From an uncultured Chlorobiaceae bacterium (lineage in GTDB: Bacteria; Bacteroidota; Chlorobiia; Chlorobiales; Chlorobiaceae): a DNA stretch of 64,000 nt. The stretch covers positions 1,042-65,041 of the forward strand of contig CAIPYV010000009.1 in assembly GCA_903869365.1 (NCBI GenBank), in the 5' to 3' direction. Positions 63,400 to 64,000 of the stretch are shown here, piece after piece (the stretch's first letter is position 1; each line of letters begins with the position of its first letter). Made by a program: the position numbers and the translations under genes. The notes beneath the pieces were generated by a model. That model saw only the letters and a list, made by a program, of their open reading frames with translations, made no database searches and was not told where the DNA came from.

Positions 63400-63483
63400 T
63401 CAAGGAAATCATGAAGTTGATTTTGTTTTCGAGCACAAAGGGAAAATATTCGGTCTTGAAATCAAAAGCGGTTGATCACAACA
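63400..63483 (+). repeat. 84-bp direct repeat, copy 2 (degenerate fragment of the AAA-DUF4143 nuclease motif with in-frame TGA)
   Basis: Translates QGNHEVDFVFEHKGKIFGLEIKSG*; CGA>TGA at 63473-63475. Confidence 0.9.
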
Positions 63484-63500
63484 AGTGAAGAATCCACTCT

Positions 63501-64000
63501 TTAGCCATTGACTTTTTCGGATAAGGTGAGAAACTTTTCCTTCTGCTTATAATCATAGCTGCTATCAATCCCAACCAGCCCAGTTTTGATCAGATGCGCA
63601 TTGACAAATGTCTTGTTCTCAAGATAGAGGTAACAGAGCAGGTCGTTTTCTTCGTCATGTTTCAGCTTGTCATACTTCAGGAAGATACGCTTACCCTTTA
63701 TCTTTTCCGTCAGATACCCGACCGCCTTGTCGTGCGTGAACGCCTCGCCCTTGATGCCGATCAGTTTTATCGTTAACCCATTGGATAACCTAACTTTTTC
63801 GGGGCTGAGCACCTCCTTGACGGTAAAATACTCTTCGCGTTGTGCCTCACTCTCCTTTTCAATCCTGGAGCCAAAGGTGAGTTTTCGGGGATCGGTTTTT
63901 TTATCGAGTTTGTGGGGATCTTTGAACTGATAGGGTAACTGCTCAATGGCTGCGGCAAAATCACCCTTGACCGTGTCATACAGAAACTCGTATTCTGTCC
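63501..64000 (-). CDS. 3' end of a larger gene ending in a thermonuclease (SNase)-like domain; possibly a DNA methyltransferase-SNase fusion
   Basis: Frame stays open from the window edge (TEYEFLY...LPYQFKDPHKLDKKTDPRKLTFGSRIE...YFTVKEVLSPEKVRLSNGLTIKLIGIK...LLCYLYLENKTFVNAHLIKTGL); MTase part lies outside the window and is inferred. Confidence 0.7.
   Translation of the reverse strand, partial: TEYEFLYDTVKGDFAAAIEQLPYQFKDPHKLDKKTDPRKLTFGSRIEKESEAQREEYFTVKEVLSPEKVRLSNGLTIKLIGIKGEAFTHDKAVGYLTEKIKGKRIFLKYDKLKHDEENDLLCYLYLENKTFVNAHLIKTGLVGIDSSYDYKQKEKFLTLSEKVNG

Noticed and set aside
1-64000. CRISPR array, rRNA, IS or transposase, prophage genes
   Set aside because: No regularly spaced repeats, rRNA-like sequence, DDE/integrase motifs or phage structural genes were seen

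Overview
Chromosomal window from a green sulfur bacterium (Chlorobium/Pelodictyon-like), inferred from bchZ, paired c-555-type cytochromes and a chlorosome CsmB/F-family gene. Most of it is housekeeping: str operon (rpsL-rpsG-fusA-tuf), a YfhO/Wzx/glycosyltransferase cluster with HPr-GNAT-obgE, xseB, gatB, tsaD-yajC-carA, proC, tRNA-Asn, yceD-rpmF-plsX-fabHDG-acpP-fabF-rnc, gcvPB, nagZ-like GH3, bchZ and thrS-infC-rpmI-rplT-pheS. The main observations are: (1) an unannotated 30-codon Leu-rich leader peptide with a complete protector/antiterminator/terminator structure upstream of leuA; (2) a cleanly stopped N-terminal-half ClpB followed by a 27-codon ORF with a perfect SD; (3) a MoxR/DUF58/VWA (Bat) system scattered over about 21 kb and interrupted by envelope proteases; (4) an integrase-less accessory region after pheS. 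That region holds an MNT with a truncated HEPN partner, a CsmF-like gene, an AAA-DUF4143 ATPase/nuclease with a palindromic operator, a GNAT/DUF1778 TA pair inside 84-bp direct repeats of the nuclease motif, and a degenerate SNase-fold C-terminus. No CRISPR array, rRNA, transposase or integrase was seen. Family assignments come from motif recognition only; no database searches were run.
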